Virus record (IMG/VR): IMGVR_UViG_3300036770_000877
Coordinates: 1 to 64,000 of that record
DNA from: a virus
DNA length: 64,000 nucleotides
Reading direction: 5' to 3' (one strand)
A program made the translations under genes and the position numbers. The notes below the pieces were generated by a model. It searched no databases. It was not told the origin of the DNA and worked only from the letters and a program-made list of their open reading frames with translations. Shown piece by piece: positions 49,042-58,884 of the stretch. Each line of letters opens with the position of its first letter. The stretch's first letter is position 1.

Positions 49042-50580
49042 CTAAGAAAAGCTTATTGTTCCTGAACCAGACGTAAATGATGTTACTTTATATCCAGCAA
49101 CTGCTGTAGATGTTGAATATGCTAATCCAGCAGAGACATTTATTGTCTTATCATTTGGATATTTAACAATCACTATACCAGAACCACCATTTCTACCATA
49201 GTTAGTTGTATCTGTTCCTCCGCCGCCACCAGAACCAGTATTAGATGATGCAGCTGTAGCAGTAGTACCTTCTTGCTGACCACCGCCTTGTCCTGCTCCA
49301 GCACCTCCAGGAGCTCCACCTCCTACGTGTCCACCTCCACCACCGCCTGCTGCGTATACTACAGATGATCCAGTAATTGTTGAAGTAAACCCACTTCCTC
49401 CAGCACCTCCACGAGCAGCGCTAGTTCCATTTAATCCTGCGCTACCTTTACCACCTCCACCGCCTGCTCCTGCTGCGCTTCCTATATAACCAGCTCCTCC
49501 AGAATTACCTTGACCAGATGTTCCAGCACCTCCAGAAGACCCCTGACATCCCGCACCACCACCTGAACCACCAGGTCTACCATTGTTATCGTGTGGACCT
49601 CCTCCACCACCACCAACTGTTGTTAAATTATGAAATACTGAACTCTCTCCGTCTGTTCCATAACCAATCGACCCAGTTCTACCAAGGCCTCCAGATCCAA
49701 CTGTTACTGTGTAAGACAATGAAGGTGTAATAGATGTTGATCCAGAAAGAAGACCTCCAGCTCCACCGCCTCCGCCGCCTTCTCTATATGCTCCATTACC
49801 CAATCCTCCTCCACCTCCACCTGCAACAACAAGATAATCTGTTGTAAATGGTTGTGGAACTATAGAGGTAATGCTAAATGTTCTTGATGTAGGTTGGTTC
49901 GACCCATCACTTGCATTAAGAGTAAATGTATATGTCGTATCTGAAGAAATGTCTGGCAATGTTCCAGATATAACTCCTGTTGATGAATTTAACGTTATTC
50001 CAGAAGGTAAGGTAGAGCCACTTGCTAGAGAATAGGTAATACTATTATTTTCTTCATCAGAAGCTGCGACTGAAACAGATATTGATGTTTGTTCATAAAA
50101 TGCACCTAAAGAACCACTTGATGTTGTCCAAATTGGTGAATCATTAACAGTAACTATATCATAGTAAACTCCATAAAGATTTGATGGATTTGTAACCTTA
50201 ATATCATAGGGTTCTTTATCTTTTGATAACGGTCCAAACTGGGCCTGTATTAACTGTGTGTTTGATACAGTTGTAGTAGTTGCAACATATTCCGTTCCGT
50301 CATTTCCTACCAAAGTTGCAACTGCTCCAGTAGCAAAAGCAGTTCCTGTTATGTTTAATGAGTTAACAGAATTTGTTTCAAGAACTGAGCCAGTGTACCC
50401 TACAACCCCTGGAGTTTCTGCAATTATATTTTGCCAACCATAAGTGGGCCCTGTATAAAGCTCAAGTCTTTGAAGCTCACCATTTGAATATAATTTTCCA
50501 ACCCCTGGATTTGCTGGACGACCAGCTGTATTACCATAGGGAATTCCTCCACCAGTAATATCTGAGAATTTAATTGTCAT
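49042..50580 (-). CDS. Fibre tip protein: IPT/Ig + putative Ig + polyglycine domain
   Basis: LPSGITLNSSTGVISGT (putative Ig); DYLVVAGGGGGG...GSGIVIVKY; ATG50580 in ATGA overlap. Confidence 0.78.
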   Translation of the reverse strand: MTIKFSDITGGGIPYGNTAGRPANPGVGKLYSNGELQRLELYTGPTYGWQNIIAETPGVVGYTGSVLETNSVNSLNITGTAFATGAVATLVGNDGTEYVATTTTVSNTQLIQAQFGPLSKDKEPYDIKVTNPSNLYGVYYDIVTVNDSPIWTTSSGSLGAFYEQTSISVSVAASDEENNSITYSLASGSTLPSGITLNSSTGVISGTLPDISSDTTYTFTLNASDGSNQPTSRTFSITSIVPQPFTTDYLVVAGGGGGGLGNGAYREGGGGGGAGGLLSGSTSITPSLSYTVTVGSGGLGRTGSIGYGTDGESSVFHNLTTVGGGGGGPHDNNGRPGGSGGGAGCQGSSGGAGTSGQGNSGGAGYIGSAAGAGGGGGKGSAGLNGTSAARGGAGGSGFTSTITGSSVVYAAGGGGGGHVGGGAPGGAGAGQGGGQQEGTTATAASSNTGSGGGGGTDTTNYGRNGGSGIVIVKYPNDKTINVSAGLAYSTSTAVAGYKVTSFTSGSGTISFS

Positions 50581-50969
50581 CCTAGTCTCCATCCAAGAGT
50601 CGAACCAGTATATATTAATACCGCCGCTGCTTTATCTACGTCAATTATAGCATTTTCTGCTACCCCGTTAATATTTTTATTATTACGGTTAATAGTAATG
50701 TTATGTGTTCCCGCCGTTCCAGATGCATCAAAGATCTGAACTTCGTCTCCTAAAGAAGGGTTTAATGGAAGTGTAATAATTCTTTCAGATGAAGTGTCTA
50801 CAAAGTAGCGATAACCAACCTGGGCGGTTATATTAGAGGCTACGGTTGCAGAAACTTCTTTCTTTCTTTGAATAAGATCTGCTTGTGTTACATAATCTGG
50901 CGGAATAGCAGCCATTATACCTACATTTACCCATTCAGTTCCGCTCCACACTTTAATTGTTTTAGCCAT
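50577..50969 (-). CDS. Small adaptor protein with a T4 fibre-like domain
   Basis: YFVDTS...ITLPLNPSLGDEVQIFDASG...NITINRN...LIYTGSTLGW; same domain ends gene 54351-56219. Confidence 0.65.
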   Translation of the reverse strand: MAKTIKVWSGTEWVNVGIMAAIPPDYVTQADLIQRKKEVSATVASNITAQVGYRYFVDTSSERIITLPLNPSLGDEVQIFDASGTAGTHNITINRNNKNINGVAENAIIDVDKAAAVLIYTGSTLGWRLG

Positions 50970-52507
50970 TAGAATGTCACCGTTCCACTTCCTGCGGTAA
51001 ACTTGTAAACCTTATACCCAGGTCTACCAATAGTATCTAATGTATATGTTAATCCAGCACTAATACTTGAAATATTTAGATATGAATCTGGATATGCAAC
51101 AATAATCACTCCAGAGCCACCATTACCAGCTGGTGGCGCATCATCACCACGCATTGAACCTCCACCAGAACCTGTGTTGGCTGCACCACTAGTTGGAGTA
51201 CCTCCAGCATTTGCTCCATTTCCTCCAATACCAGACCCTCCAAGACCTATCGTTCCGTCTCCAGAACCACCGCCTCCGCCTCCATAGTAAAGAGTTGTTC
51301 CAGTAATAGAGCTGGCAATTCCAACACCTCCAGATGGAACGTTACCATTTCCGCCTGCTCCTCCACCGCCAGAAGAATTTTGAACTGTATATGAAACGCC
51401 AGGGTTATTTTGTGGAGATCCAGAAACTCCACCAGATCCAGTTGTTCCTGGTCCAGAGAATCCCCCTAAACCACCTCCTCCAGTAAATCCAAATGCTGAT
51501 GTTGGAAAACCATTTTGCTTGCTATTAGTTGCTGTAGATCCAACTCCACCAGCCCCCACTGTAAAAGTATATTGTGTTCCAGGTGTAACGGCAACTGTTC
51601 CTGTATAATAACCACCAGCTCCTCCTCCTGCTCCATAACAAGCACCAGGAGTTCCTTTAGCTCCAGAAGCACCTCCGCCTATTAAGAAATACTCTACGCT
51701 TGATGGAGCAACTACATTACTTACAACAACATTGAATGATCTAGATGAAGTATTAACTCCATCTGAAGCGGTAACAGTAAAAGAATAAGTTGTATCTGAT
51801 AAAATTTGAGGAGCTGTTCCAGTTAATAAACCAGTTGATGAGTTAATAGATATCCAAATAGGAAGATCAGATGATGAATAAATTATTGAGGTTCCATCTG
51901 GGTCTGTTGCAGAAACAGAAACGTTTAATTGTGTTCCTTCATAAATATTAGCAATATTTCCAGATGCTGTATTCCATATTGGAGTACCACCAGCGTCCAA
52001 AGAATTTTCTAATAAACCAAATTGTCCGTCTGGGTTTACAACTCTAATGTCATATGGTTCGTAGGCTACTGGTAAAACAGGTGTTGTCGCTGTTGCTGAA
52101 GTAACATCTATAAAAGTAGCAGTTGGAGAATTATATGAAATTAAATTTGTTCCAATAAATTGAACTGTTAATCCTGGTTTAAAATTTGAACCAGATATAG
52201 TAATCACTGTTCCAGATATTGCAGATGTTGTAGGCAATATGCTAGCAACTTGTGGAGCTGGATCTGTAGACACCTTTTCCCATCCTGCGACTCTATATGC
52301 AATTAAAGCATTCAATGTTGTGTCAAAGTATAAGTCGCCTATTGATGGTGATAAAGGTCTATTTAATGTTGTTCCACGCCCAACGTGTCCGTTTGCTGCC
52401 GTCGCATGTGTTGAAACTGCGGCGGATACAGCAGAAGAAACCTCAGCATCAGTAGCAATAGCTGTATTTGCTGATAGTATATTTGCTATATCTCTGGCTT
52501 TAGACAT
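50969..52507 (-). CDS. Fibre tip protein: IPT/Ig + putative Ig + polyglycine domain
   Basis: Paralog of 49042-50580; EYFLIGGGASG...GSGVIIVAY. Confidence 0.78.
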   Translation of the reverse strand: MSKARDIANILSANTAIATDAEVSSAVSAAVSTHATAANGHVGRGTTLNRPLSPSIGDLYFDTTLNALIAYRVAGWEKVSTDPAPQVASILPTTSAISGTVITISGSNFKPGLTVQFIGTNLISYNSPTATFIDVTSATATTPVLPVAYEPYDIRVVNPDGQFGLLENSLDAGGTPIWNTASGNIANIYEGTQLNVSVSATDPDGTSIIYSSSDLPIWISINSSTGLLTGTAPQILSDTTYSFTVTASDGVNTSSRSFNVVVSNVVAPSSVEYFLIGGGASGAKGTPGACYGAGGGAGGYYTGTVAVTPGTQYTFTVGAGGVGSTATNSKQNGFPTSAFGFTGGGGLGGFSGPGTTGSGGVSGSPQNNPGVSYTVQNSSGGGGAGGNGNVPSGGVGIASSITGTTLYYGGGGGGSGDGTIGLGGSGIGGNGANAGGTPTSGAANTGSGGGSMRGDDAPPAGNGGSGVIIVAYPDSYLNISSISAGLTYTLDTIGRPGYKVYKFTAGSGTVTF

Positions 52508-54351
52508 TATGCATTATTCAGGTATCTTACGATAACAATACCCGACCCTCCGTTTCCTCCAGTAGATCCAGTTGTATTTGTAAATCCTCCTCCGCCACCG
52601 CCAGTATTGGCAGCACCAGAAACTCCAGGCACTCCAGAACCATTTGATCCTGCACCACCACCGCCTTGACCTCCAGTGCTACCAGGATATGGAGATGTAT
52701 GAGCAGAACCGCCACCACCACCAGCAAACCAACCTGCAGCACCATATGTTGTACCAAAGTACGAGCTCATGTTTCTTCCTACACCACCATTACCATTTGA
52801 ACTTTGTGTTGTAGGTCCACCAGCTCCACCAGCTCCGCCTCCACCTGCTGAATAATAAGGAGGGCTTTGTGATGCACTACTTGGATCATCTCCTCCAGGA
52901 AATCCTTGACCAGGTGTATATCCACCACCTACGTAAGGACCGCTTGATGATTGAGTTCCTCCTGATCCGCTACCCCAAACATTTAGAGTTGTTGGTGGTT
53001 GCCAATCCCAACCATATGCACCTTGTCCTCCATTTGCAATAGAGACTCCAGTTATTGCTGGAGTTATGGATGTATTTTGACCATCCTTAGATGTTGATTG
53101 ATCTGAACCACCAGGTCTTGGAGTATATCCAGTGCCTCCCGCTCCTACTAAAACGCTATATGTTCCTGCTGGTGCTGTAATATTTTCGGCAAACATCAAG
53201 CCGCCAGCTCCACCGCCTGCTGCTCCACCAGCTCCGCCTCCTGCAATTAACATGTAGTCTGCTGAAACAGGTTTATTTATTTTAAGTGTTGAGGTTCCAG
53301 TTGTCGTAAAAACATGCATCTTATAGTTTCCAAAAGTTGTTATCGTTCCACCTTCCATTGCTGGACCTAAATAAAATATTCTATCTACATAGTTTCCACC
53401 AGTATCTATAGCTCTTACTGTTATTTCTGAAAATACTTCTTGAGATGGTGTTCCAGAAATAACGCCAGTTTCTTGATTTAAAGATAATCCACTAGGTAAA
53501 GTTCCATACACAATTGAATAATCAATATCTGTATTTTCAGTATCAGATGCTAATAATGTTGTAGAATAAGGAACTCCAGTAGAAATTACTGGCAGATTTG
53601 AATTTGTTTGCCATGATGGAGAAGATCCAGCAGTTATACTATTTGAAAGAATATGTAAATTAGATCCTGTAGGAGATGTTACTCCTGGATTTGTTACCTT
53701 TAAAGAATATGTTCCTGGTGCAAAGCTATCTGGTCTTACAAATGTAATTGATGTATTAGATACACGAGTAAATGATTTAGGTGTTATTTCATTATTATTT
53801 GAGTCTACTATTTTTAAATCTACGTTTAATGCAAAATTTCCACCAGTAATAGTTGCTGAATCATCTATATTTACTAAAGCTGTTGGTGTAACTGAAGATA
53901 AAAATGGTCCTGCGGTTGTTTGAGATGTAGTTGTATCTGCAGTAAATGTTGTTTTATAGCTAAATGAAAGCAGGTCTCCCTGTGACCCACCTATAACTAC
54001 TATTTTATTAAAGTTACCAGTAGCATTTAATGATGGGGACTTTGTGTATCCAACAACTGAGCCATCTCCTGAATATACATATATGTCGTAAGTAGCATCT
54101 CCAAGAGCTGAATTAATTGTGTAAGCTCCAGCAAAGTATTCTTTTGTAAATGTGGCAGTTGTAACTGACCCATTGAGAGTTACGTTAAAGTCATTTGCTC
54201 CTGTTGCTGGAAGCCATCCAGAAGATGTATAAATTTCTTGTACGCCGAGTGTACCATTATAAAATGTTTGGCCAATTGCTGGATTTGCAGGTCTATCTGA
54301 AGATGTACCAAAAGGTACCCCTCCAAGCGCAGATGTTCTAATATCGCTCAT
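52507..54351 (-). CDS. Fibre tip protein: IPT/Ig + putative Ig + polyglycine domain
   Basis: Third paralog; LPSGLSLNQETGVISGTP; DYMLIAGGGAGG...GSGIVIVRY. Confidence 0.78.
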   Translation of the reverse strand: MSDIRTSALGGVPFGTSSDRPANPAIGQTFYNGTLGVQEIYTSSGWLPATGANDFNVTLNGSVTTATFTKEYFAGAYTINSALGDATYDIYVYSGDGSVVGYTKSPSLNATGNFNKIVVIGGSQGDLLSFSYKTTFTADTTTSQTTAGPFLSSVTPTALVNIDDSATITGGNFALNVDLKIVDSNNNEITPKSFTRVSNTSITFVRPDSFAPGTYSLKVTNPGVTSPTGSNLHILSNSITAGSSPSWQTNSNLPVISTGVPYSTTLLASDTENTDIDYSIVYGTLPSGLSLNQETGVISGTPSQEVFSEITVRAIDTGGNYVDRIFYLGPAMEGGTITTFGNYKMHVFTTTGTSTLKINKPVSADYMLIAGGGAGGAAGGGAGGLMFAENITAPAGTYSVLVGAGGTGYTPRPGGSDQSTSKDGQNTSITPAITGVSIANGGQGAYGWDWQPPTTLNVWGSGSGGTQSSSGPYVGGGYTPGQGFPGGDDPSSASQSPPYYSAGGGGAGGAGGPTTQSSNGNGGVGRNMSSYFGTTYGAAGWFAGGGGGSAHTSPYPGSTGGQGGGGAGSNGSGVPGVSGAANTGGGGGGFTNTTGSTGGNGGSGIVIVRYLNNA

Positions 54352-56219
54352 TATCCAACCTTCCATCCATAGGTGCTACCAGTATAAAGTAATGTATACC
54401 AGCCACCATTATTGTCAATTATTAAATTGCCAGTCCCGCCATTTATTTTATTGCCGTTTCTAGCCACAGTTATATTATACGTTGAAGCGTTCCCAGAAGC
54501 ATCTACGATCTGAATCTCATCGTTTAGCGCAGGTGACGCAGGTAGCGTCAATGTAAGCGCAGAAGCCGATGTAACAAAATATCTCTTTTTAGCTACCAAG
54601 TTAGTGTTAGCAGATATTGATAATGGGGCTACTGAAGTATTGGCAGCAAGTAAGGCATCTGTTTCTGCCTGTGTATATGTATCTACTGCATTAAAATTAG
54701 TTACTGTAAGTACTTCAATTATATCCCCCGCCGTTGCGTCGGCAGTAAGAACAACTGTATGCTCTGTAGGTGTTGTATAGTCTGTAGTACGAATAAGCAG
54801 AATACCATTCATAAATACCTGCTCGTATCCAGGAATGAATGGAACAGTTGTAGTAAATGTATCTTGTTCTGCTACTGCTGTAAATACTTGACGACGTACT
54901 AGATTTGGATCAAATACGTCAACCTCATCATCTGAGTCAATCCATATCTGTCCTACTTCTGGAGATGTTGGAGCAGTTGTTTGATACAGGGCACCTGGTT
55001 GTGTAGATGCATCAATCTGATCAATAACGAATGCTGTTGTAGCAATTTGTGTAGTATCTGTTCCTACCGCTGCTGTCGGCGCTGTAGGTGTACCTGTAAA
55101 TGTAGGCGATGCTGATGGAGCCTTAGTTCCAAGAGCTGTTGTTACCGTGGCTGCAAATGATGCGTCATCATTAATAGCCGCTGCTAATTCATTTAAAGTA
55201 TCTAGTGTTGCAGGAGCTGCATCTACAATTGCAGCAGCCGCTGCTGAAGCAGCGTTATCTGCATAAGTCTTTGTAGCTAGGTCTGCGGTATTTGCAATAC
55301 CGTGAATATTAGTTGTGTCTGATTCATGTGATGATAAAGCAGATGCTGCAGCAGATTGTGCTGCTGCTGCTGATCCAGCGGGATCAAATAGGTTATCAAT
55401 AGTCTGATTAGTCCATAGCCCAGTAGTTGAGTTATATCTTAGTACCTGATTATTTTGCTTCCCGCTTATGTAGACATCATGAATTTCATCTAGCTCAAAC
55501 CCGTTTTGAACCTTTACAAAGATAGATCCTGTGTTTACTTGGGCTCTAGTTACAATACCTACAAATACTAAATGCTGTGGAGCATATGGCTTATTAGCCA
55601 AACCATAAATTACTGAACCTGGAGTAGATCCTAGCCATACTGGATCTCCTGGTTGAGCTGTTGAAGTATCAATGCCTTCAATAAGACCTTCGGTTACTAC
55701 CGTTCCAATTGCACCGTCTGCTACGGTATCTTCCATAATTCCAAAAGTTTTAGATGATGTTGATTCGGCAGAGTTTGAAGAAAGAACTACTCTAAGTTGA
55801 CCCGATGCTCCTACAGCCCCAGCTGCGGAAACTACCTGACCTTTATAAATAGTTGAACCAGTATTATTTACTACTTCTTGAGAAATTTTATTTGCAGTTC
55901 CACCAACACCAGTTAGTATTACTTGGTTTCCTACGTCGTCATATGTGGCGGTAAGGTTGACATGGTTTGCATGGTTAAAAAGGGCTGCCGAAGCATCCTG
56001 AGCCATTTCGTCTGTATATGTAGGAACAGTCTCTAATTGACGTACTCTATAGTCAAGGCTAGTGGTATTTGCCGAGTTGTTTATTCCAACCTTAGTCTCT
56101 AAGGCTTCAATGGCATCATTCGCATCCGCATGTTGCTGAGAGTGCGATGGAGCATCTAGTTCGTTTGTGCTGGCGGGATTTGTTAGGTTATCCAGCGAAG
56201 TCGGGAAATTGGTAGCCAT
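54351..56219 (-). CDS. Multidomain fibre shaft protein
   Basis: MATNFPTSLD, APATLDTLNELAAAI, PTFTGTPTAPTAAVGTDTTQIATTAFV, C-terminal adaptor domain. Confidence 0.75.
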   Translation of the reverse strand: MATNFPTSLDNLTNPASTNELDAPSHSQQHADANDAIEALETKVGINNSANTTSLDYRVRQLETVPTYTDEMAQDASAALFNHANHVNLTATYDDVGNQVILTGVGGTANKISQEVVNNTGSTIYKGQVVSAAGAVGASGQLRVVLSSNSAESTSSKTFGIMEDTVADGAIGTVVTEGLIEGIDTSTAQPGDPVWLGSTPGSVIYGLANKPYAPQHLVFVGIVTRAQVNTGSIFVKVQNGFELDEIHDVYISGKQNNQVLRYNSTTGLWTNQTIDNLFDPAGSAAAAQSAAASALSSHESDTTNIHGIANTADLATKTYADNAASAAAAAIVDAAPATLDTLNELAAAINDDASFAATVTTALGTKAPSASPTFTGTPTAPTAAVGTDTTQIATTAFVIDQIDASTQPGALYQTTAPTSPEVGQIWIDSDDEVDVFDPNLVRRQVFTAVAEQDTFTTTVPFIPGYEQVFMNGILLIRTTDYTTPTEHTVVLTADATAGDIIEVLTVTNFNAVDTYTQAETDALLAANTSVAPLSISANTNLVAKKRYFVTSASALTLTLPASPALNDEIQIVDASGNASTYNITVARNGNKINGGTGNLIIDNNGGWYTLLYTGSTYGWKVG

Positions 56220-56243
56220 ACCTTCCTATTATACCCCGAATAT

Positions 56244-56528
56244 CTACCAAAAGTGCTTTATGATAGCAGCTGAAGCCAAAATAGACCATCCTATATTAAA
56301 ATATATAATAGTAGGCAAAGTCTTGACTGTTGAAGTAAGTATCAAGGTCAAGCTTGATGCGAGAGCAAATATGTAAAGCCACCAAAACTGAACCCCGAAA
56401 AGAAGTCCAGGAAATATGATTGCAAGTTTTGTTGAGAATGCCCAGAACTCAATAATATTGGTTTTGTTCCAATATGACTTTTGTCCTAGTTGTTTTGTTA
56501 CTTCTACGATTTCTTTAGGCTTTATCAT
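56244..56528 (-). CDS. Small three-TM membrane protein
   Basis: Three hydrophobic segments, TLPTIIYFNIGW; ATGA overlap with upstream gene. Confidence 0.7.
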   Translation of the reverse strand: MIKPKEIVEVTKQLGQKSYWNKTNIIEFWAFSTKLAIIFPGLLFGVQFWWLYIFALASSLTLILTSTVKTLPTIIYFNIGWSILASAAIIKHFW

Positions 56529-57229
56529 TCGTAGCTTTTCTTTGCCCAAGCATTGTCTCTATACCACCCTAAAATTTTTCTTACGGACTTACTAGATGCT
56601 TTCCAACCTTCTAAAATAATATCTTTACAGTATTCTGAGATCCACTTATCTCTTTTAAATGGAATAATCTGGAAAAGAGGTGTTCCCATTTCTATGATAC
56701 CGCTAAAATCTTCTTTTAAAAATATTGAATAGTTTCCTGGAAATAAAGGATATTTATCAGTATCTATAATTGCAGACAAACCATAGAATGGTAGGTCTGG
56801 TCTATTAAATGGTTGAGTTATAAGTATGCTATATCCTGGTGGTGTTTTTATATATAACGGATGGCTTAATGTATAGTGAACATCTGAATATCCAGCCATT
56901 TTTGGCATAAATCCAGATTGGGCGCTATCTCTAACTCCAATTATGTTATCTTCTTTTTCTTTCCATCTTATATTTTGAATCCCAGTATTTTCATCTTTTA
57001 TCACATAAAGATCTGCCCATAGCTCAAAAATATATCCAGAAATCATAGCGTCCGTAAATGGCATACAAACTTTAAAAGTTTTTTTAGCATTTAGCAAATT
57101 TTCGTCTGGCGTCCCCATGAATCTAGGAGTTTTTTTAAACCACTCTGGAAGATAAGACTTTGCTGGCTTTGGAAAAGATATATCCCAAAGCCTGTCTGAT
57201 AGAGCAAACTTTATTGTTTTATTTTTCAT
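56525..57229 (-). CDS. DUF6065-like / dUTPase-fold-like protein
   Basis: KPAKSYLPEWFK, TFKVCMPFTDAM..GY, KTPPGYSILITQPFNR, IIDTD, GTPLFQIIPFKR; family recognised by eye. Confidence 0.55.
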   Translation of the reverse strand: MKNKTIKFALSDRLWDISFPKPAKSYLPEWFKKTPRFMGTPDENLLNAKKTFKVCMPFTDAMISGYIFELWADLYVIKDENTGIQNIRWKEKEDNIIGVRDSAQSGFMPKMAGYSDVHYTLSHPLYIKTPPGYSILITQPFNRPDLPFYGLSAIIDTDKYPLFPGNYSIFLKEDFSGIIEMGTPLFQIIPFKRDKWISEYCKDIILEGWKASSKSVRKILGWYRDNAWAKKSYE

Positions 57230-58808
57230 TATGGATATTTTCCTTTAGCCATTGATACATAGTTGGTGAAGCATCTGCTTCTTCCTGCCAAAGTTTACGG
57301 AATAGATCCCATGTCTTCCACGTATCTTTGCAGTATTCATAATAATCGATACCGTCATAGTGATGCCATCTTTCTACTGTATCTTTAGTAACAGGGAAAT
57401 AATTAAGTCCTGTAGCAATACAGTGGATTCCACCAACCCCGTCATATCTTTGACGATTAATGTGAATATCACCCATATCTTGGAATCCAATAACCATAGA
57501 TGGATTTAATTCTTGAAGATCTGGCTGGAATGTCTTATCTGTAATATCCTGCCAATATTTTGTATCTTGTCTATTTGAAAGAGCATAATGTTGAGCAACA
57601 AACTCCTTAAATCCAAGATACTGTCTACGTGTTGTCATATTATAAACATCACGATCTGTTTGTGTTACCGTTCCACGGCTTAATGTCTTTACTAGCTTAT
57701 CTAGAAACTCATGGACTGTAAATAGACCATTAGATTCTAGCGGCTCAATAAATCCAGCAGCAAATCCAATAGCAACAACATTCTTTACAAATGTGCGCTT
57801 ATGAATTCCCACCTTAAACTTAATATACCTGTATTCAAAATTATCTACATCACGATTTGGATCATGTATAGTCATCTTATCTGATCTTAAGTGATCCTTA
57901 AATTCCTGCAGAGCATCTTCCTTTGAGATGTACTTATCGCTAAATACATATCCTGTTCCGATACGTTCCCATGAAGGAATATTCCATACCCAGCCATTTT
58001 CAATGGCAATACAGTTAGTGTATGGCTCCATCTCTTTTTCCTTATCCGTATAAGGAATACGAGTAGCCCATGCGCTGTTATTTGGAAGCATATGCTCAAA
58101 ATCATCCCATGGCTCGTTCAATGCACCTTCGAGCAACATTGATTTAAATCCAGTACAGTCAATAAATAGATCTGCAGTTATCTTTTCTCCAGTAGTTAGA
58201 GTTACTGATTCAATTCCCGCATCATTTGTAGAAACCTCAGTTACTGTATCTGCTACTACTATAACTCCACGAGGAATACAGTAGTTATTCTTTAGCCACT
58301 GACCAAACTTAGTAGCGTCAAAGTGGTATGCGACATCTTGCTTAAAGTTAAAGTTACCCAACTTGCCCGATTCATTCCATGACAGCTTATTCTGTTCTGC
58401 CAAAGTAAGGGCGGGGAAGAAAGTGCGAGCATAATCTGCTACATCTAGATCTGGAAACTTAGCCTTCTTAACATACCAGTCATTAAGACCATTAACTGTT
58501 CCATCTAGGAATACCTTACCAAATGGGTAGTGGAATCCACCAGCATCCTTATTATAAAAATCTGTAAACTTAATAGACATCTTATATACAGCATCTGTTG
58601 CTGGCATAAAGTCTTTTTCATCAATACCAATCCAATTAGCCCATCCAGTAATCCCGCCTAATGTAGATTCTCCCACACCAATAATCGGATAATCTGGGGA
58701 TTCTATTACAACAATTTCCTTATCTGGAAATGCTCTAATCATGGAAGCGGCTGACATCCAGCCAGCTGACCCTCCACCAACAATAACAATCTTATTTAAA
58801 TTAATCAA
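57219..58808 (-). CDS. Flavin-dependent halogenase (tryptophan halogenase family, PrnA/RebH-like)
   Basis: GGGSAG, IGVGEST, catalytic Lys (AVYK76MSIKF), AYHFDA, DLFIDCTGF, GWVWNIP (WxWxIP), FIEPLESNG (Fx.Px.Sx.G). Confidence 0.93.
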   Translation of the reverse strand: MINLNKIVIVGGGSAGWMSAASMIRAFPDKEIVVIESPDYPIIGVGESTLGGITGWANWIGIDEKDFMPATDAVYKMSIKFTDFYNKDAGGFHYPFGKVFLDGTVNGLNDWYVKKAKFPDLDVADYARTFFPALTLAEQNKLSWNESGKLGNFNFKQDVAYHFDATKFGQWLKNNYCIPRGVIVVADTVTEVSTNDAGIESVTLTTGEKITADLFIDCTGFKSMLLEGALNEPWDDFEHMLPNNSAWATRIPYTDKEKEMEPYTNCIAIENGWVWNIPSWERIGTGYVFSDKYISKEDALQEFKDHLRSDKMTIHDPNRDVDNFEYRYIKFKVGIHKRTFVKNVVAIGFAAGFIEPLESNGLFTVHEFLDKLVKTLSRGTVTQTDRDVYNMTTRRQYLGFKEFVAQHYALSNRQDTKYWQDITDKTFQPDLQELNPSMVIGFQDMGDIHINRQRYDGVGGIHCIATGLNYFPVTKDTVERWHHYDGIDYYEYCKDTWKTWDLFRKLWQEEADASPTMYQWLKENIHNEK

Positions 58809-58824
58809 TGATATACCTATCTCT

Positions 58825-58877
58825 AAAAAGACTAATGCCTCTACTTATAGGTTACTATAATAGAGGCATTTTGTCAA
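58825..58877 (-). promoter_or_regulatory. Overlapping terminator hairpin and TTGACA-N17-TAACCT promoter upstream of the halogenase
   Basis: Inverted repeat AATGCCTCTATTATAG-TAAC-CTATAAGTAGAGGCATT then AGTCTTTTT; -35 at 58877-58872, -10 at 58854-58849. Confidence 0.65.
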
Positions 58878-58884
58878 TGCTTTT

